Assembly (NCBI RefSeq): GCF_009914755.1
Contig: NC_060929.1
Length of the DNA: 64,000 nucleotides
Direction: 5' to 3' (one strand)
Origin: the human T2T-CHM13v2.0 reference genome, Homo sapiens
The position numbers and the translations under genes were made by a program. Within the stretch, counting starts at the first letter, position 1, and every line of letters starts with the position of its first letter. Positions 14,636 through 39,747 of the stretch are shown here, piece by piece. The notes beneath the pieces were generated by a model. It was not told the origin of the DNA. It made no database searches and saw only the letters and a program-made list of their open reading frames with translations.

Positions 14636-16399
14636 AGTGTCTTTTACAGAACAGAAATTTTAATTTTAATAAGTCCAACTAATCGATGGTTTTTTTCATA
14701 GTCTGTGCTTTTGGTGTATGTAAAAATTTATTGACAAACCCAAAATCACCCAGAATTTCCCCTACATTATCTTCTAGAAGTTTAATGGTTTTAATTTTAC
14801 ATGTATGCCTATGATCCATTTGAGTTTGTTTTTGTTTGTTTGCACTTGGACATCTAATTGTTTCAATACCACTTGTTGAAAAGATTATTCTTTCTCTATT
14901 AAATTACCTTTGCTCCTATGTCAAGGATCAGTTGGTTATATTTGTATGAATCTGTTTCTGGGCTCTCTGTTCTGTTCTATTTATCTATCTGTCTATTCTT
15001 TTGCCAGTACCCAATACCATACTCTCTTGGTCACTGTAGCTTTACAGTGAGTCTTGAAGTGAGGTAATGTCAGTCCTCCACCTTGCTTCTTCTTCAATGT
15101 TGTGTTGGCTATTCTGGGTCTTTGCCTTTCCATATAAACTTTAGAATTAGTGTGTCAATAACTAAAAACAGCTTGCTGAGATTTTATTGTGATTGCATTG
15201 AGTCTGTAGAGCAAATGGGGAAAAACTGATATCTTGACAACATCGAGTCTTCCAATCCATGAACATGGACTATCTCTCCATTTATTTAGATATTCTTTGT
15301 TGTTTTCTATTATTTTTTAGTTGTAGGCATATAGATCCTGTACATATTTTGCTAGATTTATACATATTTCATTTTATGCTCATGTAAATGTTATTGTGTT
15401 TTTAATTTCAAATTCCAATTGTTCATTGCTGGTATAAAGAAAAGTAATTACATTTGTATATTAACCTTGATTCCAGCCACATTGTTATAATCACTTTTTA
15501 GTTCTGGAAGGACTAGAATGACTTGTTGATGATGACTCTTTGGGATTTTTTATATAGATGATCATGTTATCTGAGAACAAGTACAGTTCCTGTACTATCT
15601 GTGAAGTGGTATAGTGTTATGTAAAACTGGGATTAGATTAGTTGTAAATTTATATTATAATTTTAAGGAAACCATTAAAACATTAATAAAAAAGAAGTAT
15701 AATTGATAAGCTGAGAGATAAAAATTGAATAATATAAAATTCTAATCAAAACCACAAAAGATAAAAGGAGATTTAAAAAAATAAGTGCAATGAATAGAAA
15801 AGAGTTAAAAATATGGTAGATATTAACCCAACATATCGATAATCACCTTCAATGTGAATGGTCTAAGTACAGCAATTAAAAACCAGAGAGTTTAGGAGTG
15901 GATAAAAAAAAAAACACAACTATGTTTCCCACAAGAAACTCGCTTTAAATATAAAAACCCAGATAGAGTAAAAGTAAAGTTATGAAGAGAGATATATTGT
16001 AATAACACTAAGCAAAATTAAGTAGGAATTGCTATATTAATTTAAAAGAAAGGAGACTTCAGAACAATTAAGATTATTAATGACAAACGGGGCATTATCT
16101 AATGATAAAGAGGTCAATTCTCCAAGAAAATACACCTTGGTAATTGTCTCCAGGAAGTAAGCTGGGGCAACTGTAGAGCTGATTTTCTTTCTCATCTCTC
16201 AAAGATCACTGTCTTTTGTTGTCTGATGTCCAATGTCTAGAAAACCATTGTTTTATATATTTTATCTGGTCTCTTAATTATTTCATGCAGGAGGATAAAT
16301 CCAATCAGTGTTACTCTATCTTGGTTGGAAGCAAGAATCTCATAAGTATTCAGCAAACCAAGCAAACTTTTAATAAGAATCTGCATTTCCACATGGTGG

Positions 16400-19300
16400 G
16401 TATGTTAGCCCTATGGACATAGCCTCACTGCTGGACTTTCCTAGATATGAAATGAAGCAATGATATGGGGAATGCCTTGACAAAGGCATTCTTTCTGTGA
16501 GTTTACAGATAGTAGGGCTGCCAGAATCATTATTTGCAAGGAAGGCAAATCCATATACTGAATTTTTTCCATTCCAATAGAAATAAATCTCTGCCTCTCC
16601 ATGATGGAAGAGGTCTAATCAATGTGCCACCAAGTGATTTGCCAGTTTCTCCAGGTAGTGATGCCATATCAGGGCTGTGTTGGTCTCTGCTGTTGATAGA
16701 TTAGGCAGTCATTAGTAATGTTAGACAGGTCAGCCTTAGTAAGAAGTCTATACCGTTAAGCCCATACATAGCCTCTATCCATATCACCATGACCGCTTAT
16801 TTCATAGGCCCATTGAACAGCAACTGAAATGGCCAAGGAATGAGGCTGACTGACAGACATGGAGTGTGTCATTTTTCTTCACTTGATTGTTAAGACCTCC
16901 TTTGAAGTGAATGTCCTTTGATAACCATTTACATGGCATACAAATACCTTCACCATCTGTGCCCATTCACTATCTTTAGTCTAACCACATATCTTCCCTA
17001 GACTTCTTTGTCACCAGTTTCTCAACCTTGTTCCTTCTAAGTCACTGACCTTTATCCAAGCAGTTAGCCATTGCCTGTGAATACATTAGTTTTTTGTTTC
17101 TGGCCATCTCTTACTACTGGAAAAGTGGATAATTAAATTTACTGCTTAAAGTTCTGCCCACTGGGAGGATTTTCCTTTATTATAATCCTGTAGGGTTACC
17201 TCTGAGTGTGACTGTAGTATTATAGCTGTCCACTCTTGCATAGGGCCAACATAATGTGCAGACCCATCCATAAGTCAGATTTTTTTTTTCTTCTTCAGAT
17301 AGTTGGTGGTTTGGAACATCCCAGGAGGCCAAAGTCATAACTTGAGGGAGAGATGATGCAACCCTAACCCAGGTTAAAAGGTTCTGAATCACCTGCTCAG
17401 TTTACTTATTGGCTCTGCCCAAGCCTGGTCTTTTATATTTTATTTCCACTTGATTATATATTGCTTCTTGCCCAGTCAACCTTATAGCTAGATGTGTCAG
17501 AAACACCCAGTTCATAATGGAAAGCTCAGAACGCATAGTTACCTGACGTCCCATGGTAGAGATTCTATCTCTCTTCTAAGCTTAGTATAAAGACAGAAGC
17601 TGTTTCTCAAAATGGAAATAGTTATCTGAAAAAAAAAATGTGCTCCAAAATCCTACAGGTATTCTCTGTGACTTTCCCATTAATGCCTGCCAGAAGATCC
17701 ACACAGTATCTCTATTTGTCACATACACTTCAAGTATCATTGGATCTGGTGAATCATAAGGTTTTTTATGTGACTCTATATGGATCAAAGAAGCACACTC
17801 AAATCTGGCATATAATGCCTCCAAAATACAAAAAGGCCCATCGAGTATTGTACCTTTTTTTCCACTCTATAGTTCTCACATGTCTTCCTAAGTGATTGCT
17901 GTCTGTTGTGCATCATATTCAATTAACATAGTGTCATCAAAATAGTGAACCAATGTGATGGTTTCTGAAATGCAAAAATGATCAAGATCTCTCCAGACTG
18001 TAGTATTGCAGAGAGCAGGAAAACTGACATAGCCCTAAAGCAAGGCTTTGAATGTGAACAATACCACACCAGGTAAAAGCAAACTGCTTTGGATGATCCT
18101 TGAAAATTGATATGGAGGAAAATATATTTTCCATGTTAAGGCTGGAAAACAAGTACTAGAGACACCATTCACTTTATGCAGTAAAAATAGTATATTTGGG
18201 ATAGCACCCTGGGGTTCTCCAGAGAAACAGAACCAATAGGATTGATTATGGAAATTGGCTCATGAGATTTAATTATGGGTCCCAAAAAGTCCCATAATAT
18301 GCCATACGCAAGCTGAAGAACCAGGAAAGCCAGTGATGCAATTCAATATAAATCTGAAAGGCCTGAGGACAAGTGTAACATGGTATAACTCCCAGTTCCA
18401 GGCTGAAGGCATAAGAACCAGAAGGAAGGAGGGTGCCACTTGTGTAAGTCCTTGACTCTGAAGGCCCAAGGACCAGCCCAAGGGCAGGAGACAGATGTCC
18501 CAGCTCAAGGAGAGAAAGAATTCACCCTTCTTCTGCCTTTTTGTTCTATTTGGCCCTGAACAGATTGGATGAAGTTCACTAACACTGGTGTCGACTATCT
18601 TCTTTACTCATTTTATTGATTCAAATGCTAATTTCTGGAAACACCCTCACAGACACACTTAGAAACAATGTTTCACCAGCTGCCTTGACAACTTTTAACT
18701 CGGAGTAGTTGACATATAAAATTAATCATCTTAAACTGCAATTGGAGTCACTCCCTGATTAAGTTTGCGATAGTCCACAGTCATTCTCTGAGATCCTTTG
18801 ACTTCCGTGCAGGCCAAACAGGTGAGTCAAATGGGGTTGTGATAGACTACTGTCCTTACTTCTTTCAAGTCTTTAATGGTGGCATTAATTTCAACTATTT
18901 GGGGGGTGGGGTACAGTATTGCTTTTGGTTCACAATCTTGGTAGGAAGTGGAAGAAAGTTCCAAGGTCTGAGATCCAATATGGGAATTCTGCCAGTAACA
19001 AAGTATGTCTATTCCAATCTACATTCAAAAACTGGGCAAATAAATACAATGTAAGTAAGTCTTTGAGCCAACTTGAGCTAAGACTCCGTCTATTACCTGC
19101 AATCATAATCTCTCTGTTTGACAGACAGGCCACAGTGGCATTTTAGGTCCCCAGAAAGTAGACAATTCAGAGTGAGTATCCAAGTAATCTTCTCAAAGAT
19201 CTGGGTATTTCTTTTTCTCCGGTACAAAATCACCATAGGTCCTCTAAGAAAAGCTTGGAGAAAGATTTACATTTATGTACTTTCAATTCTCAATGAGGCA

Positions 19301-19810
19301 ACAAGACTCAGACCCCTTTTTAATCAAAAAGGATTTGGGGTTTATGAATTGACTTAGATCTGAAAACTGAGTGGAGGCTATGATTCTCCACTGTGGTAAC
19401 TCAAGTCAGGTTTTTGACAAACATAGCTACAGACTTTTTAATATTATATAGATCAACCAATACTCTAGTAAATTGCCCATCTGTTTTGTTCTTAGGGGCA
19501 CTGTGATCAATTAGCTACCACCAAGGATCCTGCAGAATAACACATTCTGATTACCAGGACTTTTTGCTGTCCTTTGTGGTAGATGCACCCCCCGCCCCCC
19601 ACCAACCCTTGTGTTTGGCTGTTAAGTGCTGCTGCGGGCCTCTGCTACGCTGGGTGTCATTGTCCTCACTGAAATCAGGAAACTCCTATTTCAAATCAAA
19701 ACCCCCAATGACAATACTCTGCCTACAAAGGGGGAACAACCCTAGAATTTTCAAGGATGCTGGTACTCTTCTCTCTAGTTTATTTCTCAGTGCCTCAATA
19801 AAGGGAGCAT
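16400..19810 (-). mobile_element. ERVL internal (gag-pro-pol) remnant
   Basis: Antisense ITLVHYFDDTMLI at ~17920-17960 (cf. HERV-L RT YIDD); PDPMILEV..RIPVGFWS..FEKQLL in ORF 17582..17824. Confidence 0.8.
18205..18730 (-). mobile_element. MLT2-like LTR inserted in the ERVL internal sequence
   Basis: gggttctccagagaaacagaaccaatagga ... ttgacatataaaattaa termini. Confidence 0.75.
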
Positions 19811-19817
19811 CTTCCGG

Positions 19818-19922
19818 GTAGAGCTGCCAGATTTAGCCAAAAACAAACAAACAAAAACAAAATATTTCCAGTTAAATTTGAACATTGGATAAGTACCAAA
19901 ATTCAGTATAAGTATGTCCCTG
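19818..19922 (+). mobile_element. MER53 fragment
   Basis: ctgccagatttagc..ccagttaaatttgaa..tataagtatgtccc. Confidence 0.7.
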
Positions 19923-19924
19923 CT

Positions 19925-20240
19925 CTAGCCCTGAGTTTTCCCCAGGCCAGAGTTAGTTCATAGCTGTCAGGCAGAGTACAGAGAGCAGGGCAAGGAAGCA
20001 AGGACCAGGCCTGGCAAGCCTGAAGGTGAGCATCACTGGGTGACCCACATGCTACTGGCCACTGCAAGAAAATTACAAGGAACCAGGAAGAGAAGCATCC
20101 TTACTATGGTGACCTTCCAGCACTCTCTACTGGCAAGCAAAAATCTACTAGCTTACAGGAGCCAGCTCCAGTATCTCCAACAGGGCAATAAAGTGTAGAG
20201 TGAGAGCTACAAAGCAGCTGGTTTTAATTAACTGGCACAA
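19925..20240 (-). mobile_element. LTR33-like ERVL LTR
   Basis: Ends in taactggcaca (LTR33 5' end, antisense); adjacent to the ERVL internal sequence. Confidence 0.6.
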
Positions 20241-20491
20241 GCACAAATGATAAAATTCTGTGCTACTAGCACATGAATACACAAGTCAATGGTATGGACC
20301 AAAATTTCGAAATAGACTCAAAGGTATGTTGGCATTTGGCATACAATGAATTAGGCATATCAAATAAATGGAGGAATAGTGATTATTCCAAAATTGGAGC
20401 CATCAAAAAATGAAACAAACTAGGCCCTTACTTTATTTATTTTACTAAAATTGTAGGTAGATAAAAATAAATAAATGTTTAAAAAATTAAA

Positions 20492-32780
<12,289 letters not shown>

Positions 32781-32797
32781 AAAAAATTAAAGTATAA

Positions 32798-33165
<368 letters not shown>

Positions 33166-33169
33166 CATA

Positions 33170-34740
33170 TATGTTTTTACATATGTATGTAAAATATCAA
33201 GAGTAGACAAGTCCTTTTAAATATAATGGAAAATTTAGAAGGCGTTAATAAAACTTTTCATGCACACACACACACACACACACAAATCCATAGGGTAAAA
33301 TATTATAAAAACTCAAGAGAAATGACAACTGAGAAAAATATTTGCAACTTATATCACAGACAAATCAGTAAGAAATTAACAAACTAATAAATTATCAAAA
33401 TCACATGAATAATATTTCATAGAACAATACAAATGCCTCTTTAATGTATGAAAAAAATGCTAAATTTCCCTCATAAGGGAAATGCTAATTAAAACCACAA
33501 TGAAATACACATCTTTGCCTCTCAAACTGAGTACTAAGCAAAAAACTTGATAATACATTGTGATAGTAAGGGTGTGGGGAAACAAGAGCTGTCATACATA
33601 CTGGGCGGGAGTACAAAATGATACAATCTTAATCATAAGCAATTATTCTGCAAAATTATCAAAATTACATGTACACACACTATTTTACTCAGCACTTGCA
33701 CATCTATGAATTTTACTATGCATGTACTTGCATAGGTGTGAAATGACATATGGGCAAGGATACTCATTGCACTATTGTTTGTGATAGCAAAACATTGAAA
33801 CTGCTTCCAATCTCCAGGAAGATGGGGCTGGTTAAATGCTTATGATATTTTCATTCAATGGTATACTATGTGGCTCATAAAAGAAACAAAATGAGGCAGC
33901 TCACTTGGAATGTGGAAGGATGTCTGACAGGATTCATGATATACTACCCCAAAATATTTTAAGCTGAAGGAATTTGAGAAAACAGCAGAAGCAGGAAGTT
34001 TTCTCTGAACTTTTCCTGCCCTTCTCTCCTGAAGGAGGTCATAAAACTTAGGAAGGATTTTCTGTCCTCCCTCTAAAGCAGGTTATAAGACCCTCAAATG
34101 AGAGGTGCCCTCCCTATACCTGGAGGAAAGAAACATCCTTAACTCTGAAGACACAGATATGGCAAAAAGAATCTGAACAAACAGGCCTGCTAAGTTTACC
34201 CCAGTTTATTGCCATTAGATCATACTCTTTTTGCCCCATTATAGTTCTTCATAACTATTCACTCTTCAACAAAACTCCCATAAAAAATAGTTAGGTTTAA
34301 CTATTTCTTTGGGTCACCGTTTCCTTGTGAAGGCTCCAATGTCACATGAAGCTTATATTAAATACATTTGTATTATTTTCTCTTGCTAATCTGTCTTTTG
34401 TCATATGGTTCTCGGCCATGGACCCAGGATGAGTAGGAGGAAAAATATTTTTCTTCCCCTACATATGTACAAAATCATTGTAAGTGAAAAAACGAAGTGC
34501 ATAAAGTTTGCGTAGTATTCCACTATTTCCATAAGTGCTTATATATATCTATATAAGATATACGCTTCAGATTCCCTGAAAAGAGAAACAAGAAATTGGC
34601 AATGGTAGTTTTCTCCAAGGAGGTGAACTGTTGACTGGGGCATGGAAGTGGGAGTGAAACATACTTGTCACTGTGTCTATCTTCAGATACTTTTTGAATT
34701 TTATACCATATTACATGTATTACTTATAAAAAAATAAGCA
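33170..34740 (+). mobile_element. L1ME-like 3' region (also 20240-20490) containing a MER34-like ERV1 LTR at ~33925-34463
   Basis: Diverged ORF2 C-terminus and 3' UTR; LTR with atactaccccaaaata...ttcttcccctaca. Confidence 0.7.
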
Positions 34741-35713
34741 TTCTTTATTTTTAAAAATCTAAGATTACGGTATACGGTATATGGTATACGGTTCACTGCT
34801 GCACTTACTGAATTCCATTGCTAATTGGATTTTAAGGAGCACAGTTTTGCAAACAGCCTCCTCCAACGAAGCCCAGTCTGGCAGAGGACGTTGGTGAGGT
34901 CTTCTGAGCCTAAACAGCCCTCAGCATCTGATCTGATCTGCAGATACAAAGACGCAAGTGTTTCCTTGCCTTTTGCTTACCATTTTAGCAAGACTCAGGC
35001 TGTCAGCAGGCTATGAAACGTATTCATCTTAGAAGGTGCTGCTTTAATTTATGAGCTATGCACTGACACAGGCTCTGTAGGAAAGGACATTCCCAGGCCA
35101 TTATAAATATCATTTTGGCTGCATGATGAGGTCCTGTTTCAGGAAGTATTTCATAAAGAACCCTGACCGCTGCATAATGGCTTTTGCCTCTACTTCTGAA
35201 CAATGGTTGATATGCAGGAAAAAGATCCACTTTTATTAACCCACAGTCACCAATTACCTTCATTTTATAGGAAATAGGTACAGTGAGGAATCCTTTTATG
35301 CCCGACCAACTGTAAGGATCACAGAGAACTTATGTTCAGTACCTTTTTGTTCGTTTGCTTTGGAATTACAACAGATGAATCTCTCAATATATCGATTCCA
35401 GAAAAAAGGTTAATTGACAACAAGATCTTCAAGCTGACTTTTTCACTTGGGCTGGCTCTGATTCCAAGAAAGTTTTCTGAAGTGTATTTTGTTTTCCAGA
35501 TATTTTTCCTTTTCAAAACAGAATCCCATTCTACTTGCCGGAAAATGTGTTGTATTAAAGAGGATTAATACACATTCAAAGTGCAATCAGACTTTTATCC
35601 AGATAATACCTTGCTGTAACGGAAGTCCTTTATGTTAGCCACAGCTCTGAATTGCTGAGACATTCTATTGGATAACACATCTGTGAAGGCTCCAACTTAA
35701 ATGTCACCTATTT

Positions 35714-35993
35714 AGCGGGGTTCAGTGGCTCATGCCTGTAATCCCAGCACTTTGGGAGGCCGAGGTAGGCAGATCACTTGAGCTCAGATGTTCCAGACCA
35801 GCCTGGGCAACGTGGTGAAACCCCATCACTACAAAAAATTAGCCAGGCATGATGGCATGTGCCTGTAGTCTCAACTACTCAGGAGCCTGAGGTGGGAGGA
35901 TCACTTGAGCCTGAGGTTGAGGCTGCAGTGAGCTGTGATTGTGCCACTGCACTCTAGCCTGGATGACTGAGTGAGACCCTGTCTCAAAAAAAA
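35714..35993 (+). mobile_element. AluJ inside an L2 3' fragment (~35685-36690)
   Basis: TSD gtcacctatt; L2 tail aaatgaatgagtgaataaatgaa at ~36670-36690. Confidence 0.85.
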
Positions 35994-36145
35994 GTCACCT
36001 ATTCTGCGAAGTATCTATGAGCTCACCCAGGCAGAGTGGAGTCAGTAAAAAGTGAATTAAGCTATGCCCTTAGTTTACTTTTTTAATTAAAATTCTAGGT
36101 AGATCAAAATAAATAAATATTTTAAAAATTAAAGTATAAAAACAC

Positions 36146-36152
36146 ATGGGAA

Positions 36153-36190
<38 letters not shown>
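36146..36190 (+). repeat. (TG)n microsatellite
   Basis: About 22 GT units. Confidence 0.95.
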
Positions 36191-36193
<3 letters not shown>

Positions 36194-37969
36194 GTATCAG
36201 AGTGGACAAGTCTTTTTAAGTGTAATGGAAAATTTAGAAGCAATTAATAAAAATTTTCCCACACTAAAAAAAATAGCCTCTCCTTAACTCTGAACTTTCA
36301 AAACATGCCCATACCTCAATTAAAATATATATCATATAGAGAGGATTTTAAATGATATGATAAATATGAAGAAATAAATATTTGAGGTGATAAATATGCT
36401 ACTTAGCCTGATTTGATCATTCTACACGGTATACATGTCTCGAAACATCACATTGTACCCACATATATATATATACAACTAATATTTTCCAATAAAAAGA
36501 TAAAACAAGTAGTACATCACATGGCATTATAAGCATTTATTCATACACCCTTTTTCCCTCCTTATTGGACACATCCCCAAATCATACTGTGAATGACTAG
36601 GGTACAAATTAGCAACTACACATGCTATTTAACATGATCCTTGGACCACTATAATTATTCTGCAATTAAATGAATGAGTGAATAAATGAAGTGGTACTGG
36701 GTCCACTCAGTGTAAGCATTTAAATCAGTGGTCCCCTGGGTGAGCTGGGAAGGGGACACTGAAAATAGACAATCTAATTTTTCCTAAGGCAGCCTGCCAG
36801 GCTAGAGAACGTATAGGAGAAGACCGTGAGGGGAACAGCCATCTCCCCATGAGATGTACCGGGCAGAAGGGAATACCTGCTCTCCTACAGGGTAATTGGT
36901 GCTCAAATCAACCTAGAAATCCTATATTCTCTCTTCCTTTTAGTAGAAAGCCTCTCTGCCTGGCTAGAATTTCAACAGGCATATTTCCAACTGGCTTTAT
37001 TATCGTGACCCAGATATAAATATCATGGCAGGAGCCCATGAGGTGGGAGCACAATTTATCCTAACTGAAAATAGAGGCGGAGAAGCATCAGCCCTAGTAT
37101 CCCTGATACTAGAGTGAGGTTTCCATAGCAACCAGCTGAGTCACTAATGAAAAAGAACAGTTGCACTATGACTAGGCTGACATTCTGTGACATTCTCTTA
37201 TTTTACTGTAGCTCTAATGATGTCTTCAGTGGGAATGACAGAGAGAAAAGGTTCTGACCTCTCAATTAAACCCGTAGCTGACTTGACACGCTCTGCCTTT
37301 AGCCTAATGAACGTGAATTTCTGTGTGCAAATTCTGCCTTGGAGAAAAGCAACTTTGGAATTTGTCTGAATCATATATTAGACTTGTTGATTCCATTGTT
37401 CCTTTAATGTAGTCCCTTCTTTTCCAAATTAAGATGGAAACAGATGGGTCCCAAAAGCAAAACAGGAAGGGAAAACATTAGTGAAAAGACGTGACAAGGT
37501 GATGCTAATCTATCACTGATGACGCAAAATTGAAGAAAACAACCAGAAGTGGTTCTCTCCCTTCTTCAAACAGGAGGAACCACAGGTTATAAAGCAAGAA
37601 AGCTAGGAATCTGCAAAGATGGAGGGGACCTGCTGAAGACAAGGTCTGAGAGGTCCATGACCCACTGTATTCACTTACTAGTCACCATATTCAGAGCACT
37701 GAGCTAGGCACTACAGGGTGTTGCAAAGCAGAATACCTCAAGTCATTTAAAGTCTAAAACTAAAGGAGGGGTGAGATAGATTCGCAATTTTAAAATGCAC
37801 ACAAACTACACATGACCCCTTCTGCTGACAAGAAACATATACAGAAACCAGCACATTGATGATACAAGTTTTAAAAATTCAAATTAATAAAATAAAAAAC
37901 TGCCACAACTTTGAGCATAGAAATGGAGTTTTAAAATAATCAAGATGGTCATTGAGTTTGTAAAACACT

Positions 37970-38560
37970 GAGAGTGCTTTACTTATGTTTTAGTTTCGTT
38001 TTGCTTTGTTTTGTTTCAAATGTACTTGTTTGCAAACACGTACCAACTTGTTTTAAGCCCAGCATTGGGTTCCTTTCATCTGCACAAGAAGGGCCACGAG
38101 GGCTGGTGTCAGCATTTGCTGCAAATTATATGGGAGTTTCTGCATTTGAGTGTAGGCATCTGCATCTCCTTATCAGCAGAAAAGAAGAGAGCTCATTCAT
38201 TATTAAAACAGCCTTCTAGCTACTCTCTTTCCTCAGCACAACACTGCCAGACAAATTTTCTTAGTCTAAGTAAGACTTGAATCACGTTTTTCCTCTCCTC
38301 AAGATCTTAATTTACTGCTTTCTGCATGGCACTCTCCTAGTTAAGAAGAGATGATGGTTCCACATTACACATCAAACCACACCCAACTCTGCTGCTTGAT
38401 TTATAACGCGCCCAACAGCTTCGCCTCAGCATATCTATCCATGCATATTTCCTATGCCTCCCCAGTGGTAGTCCTTCCTTCCTGCCAGACCGTCTCTTTC
38501 CTGACCACAAAAAGGCATTATTACTAATTCTCAGCTCCATTGCATTCCACCAGCAGGAAT
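37970..38560 (-). pseudogene. Possible decayed phosphoprotein (P) C-terminus
   Basis: The frame ESAMQKAVN*DLEERKNVIQVLLRLRK (~38256-38336) loosely resembles the morbillivirus P X domain (LEEDRKRYLMTLL) and lies between the N-like and M-like fragments. Support is mostly positional. Confidence 0.3.
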
Positions 38561-38840
38561 TGCCTTCTCACTACCTAATCAGTCCTAATTCATCCTTGGA
38601 GAAAGTGCAAATGCCACTTCCTCCATAAAGGTGTTCTCTGAGGGGCTGCTGCTTGTGTAAACAGGGACTTCCATTCTGTTTGTACTTAACCATTTTCCTA
38701 ACCTACTCTTATTTTTTCTGTTGACTAAATTGTTGACCCCTTGAGATCAGGCTTCCCGTTCTTTTCTAATTTTCATGTATAGATGCCCATAGTACATTTA
38801 CAGCCAGTCACGTATTAATTCAGTAAGTATCTATGGAACA
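38560..38840 (+). mobile_element. L2 3' fragment
   Basis: aaatgccacttcctcc...ccccttgagatcagg. Confidence 0.55.
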
Positions 38841-39367
38841 TTCGGCCAGGAGAGATATAAAGACCCATAAGGAGGCTTCACCTGGACATTTAGAGCTTGT
38901 AGTTGGGAATGTAGACAGGGGATGACAGGGACAAGGTAGTTCAGAACCAGACAATGTTCACATTTTAAAGCCCCCTCATGATTTTGGCCTTTTAATCTGC
39001 TTTGTCAGAGCTTCAGAGTTCCATGGAGGAGGAGAGGGTGGCAGGGGAGGCAGGATGCCTTCTTTGTCCTGATCAGAGCTGCTTCATTTTTATCTGCTTC
39101 AGGGGTTTAGATTTCTTAGACTTTGGATTAAAACTTCATCTAAAAGGGTACTTTTTGACTGAACAAAGGCTGAAAACCTCTTTTCTGGGTAGTGAAGATC
39201 CTTTCGCATTTTTAGGTGTGTTAAGAGCAAGCGTGTATCTGATGCTGGGTTGAGACTTAATCCATACCAGAAAGTTGGTGGATTGCTTAAACCCCCTTGA
39301 CTCTCAAACTGTCATACATTGTTGACAGATGTTCTTTCATCTATTTGTTTGCTATTAAGAGTCAGAA

Positions 39368-39747
<380 letters not shown>

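Larger units (their letters stand above)
10376..16350 (-). mobile_element. Nest of old L1M (L1MC/MD-like) fragments, mostly antisense, with a sense segment at ~15590-16130
   Basis: T-rich antisense ORF2 and 3' UTR sequence; an L1M 5' end near 16350. Confidence 0.75.
34980..37400 (-). pseudogene. Decayed paramyxovirus-like matrix (M) gene, split by an L2/Alu/L1 block at ~35690-36690
   Basis: Near-open frames read SQQFRAV (35640-35660; cf. PQRFRVV), SLKILLSINL, YQPLFRSRGKSHY (cf. NDV PFFSSSGTACY), PHHAAKMIF (cf. PQVAKILW) and IAC*QP (cf. IQAVLQP). Includes track ORFs 35319..35516 and 35024..35263. Long near-open frames at 36700-37400 are the likely N-terminal half. Confidence 0.65.

Noticed and set aside
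15590-16130. Twin-priming inversion of L1M
   Set aside because: There is a large gap in L1 coordinates between the two orientations, so an independent insertion fits equally well.
34790-34960. RWRR-LFA as the F furin site and fusion peptide
   Set aside because: It lies too close to the end of the M-like gene to leave room for F2, and the following peptide is not convincingly hydrophobic.
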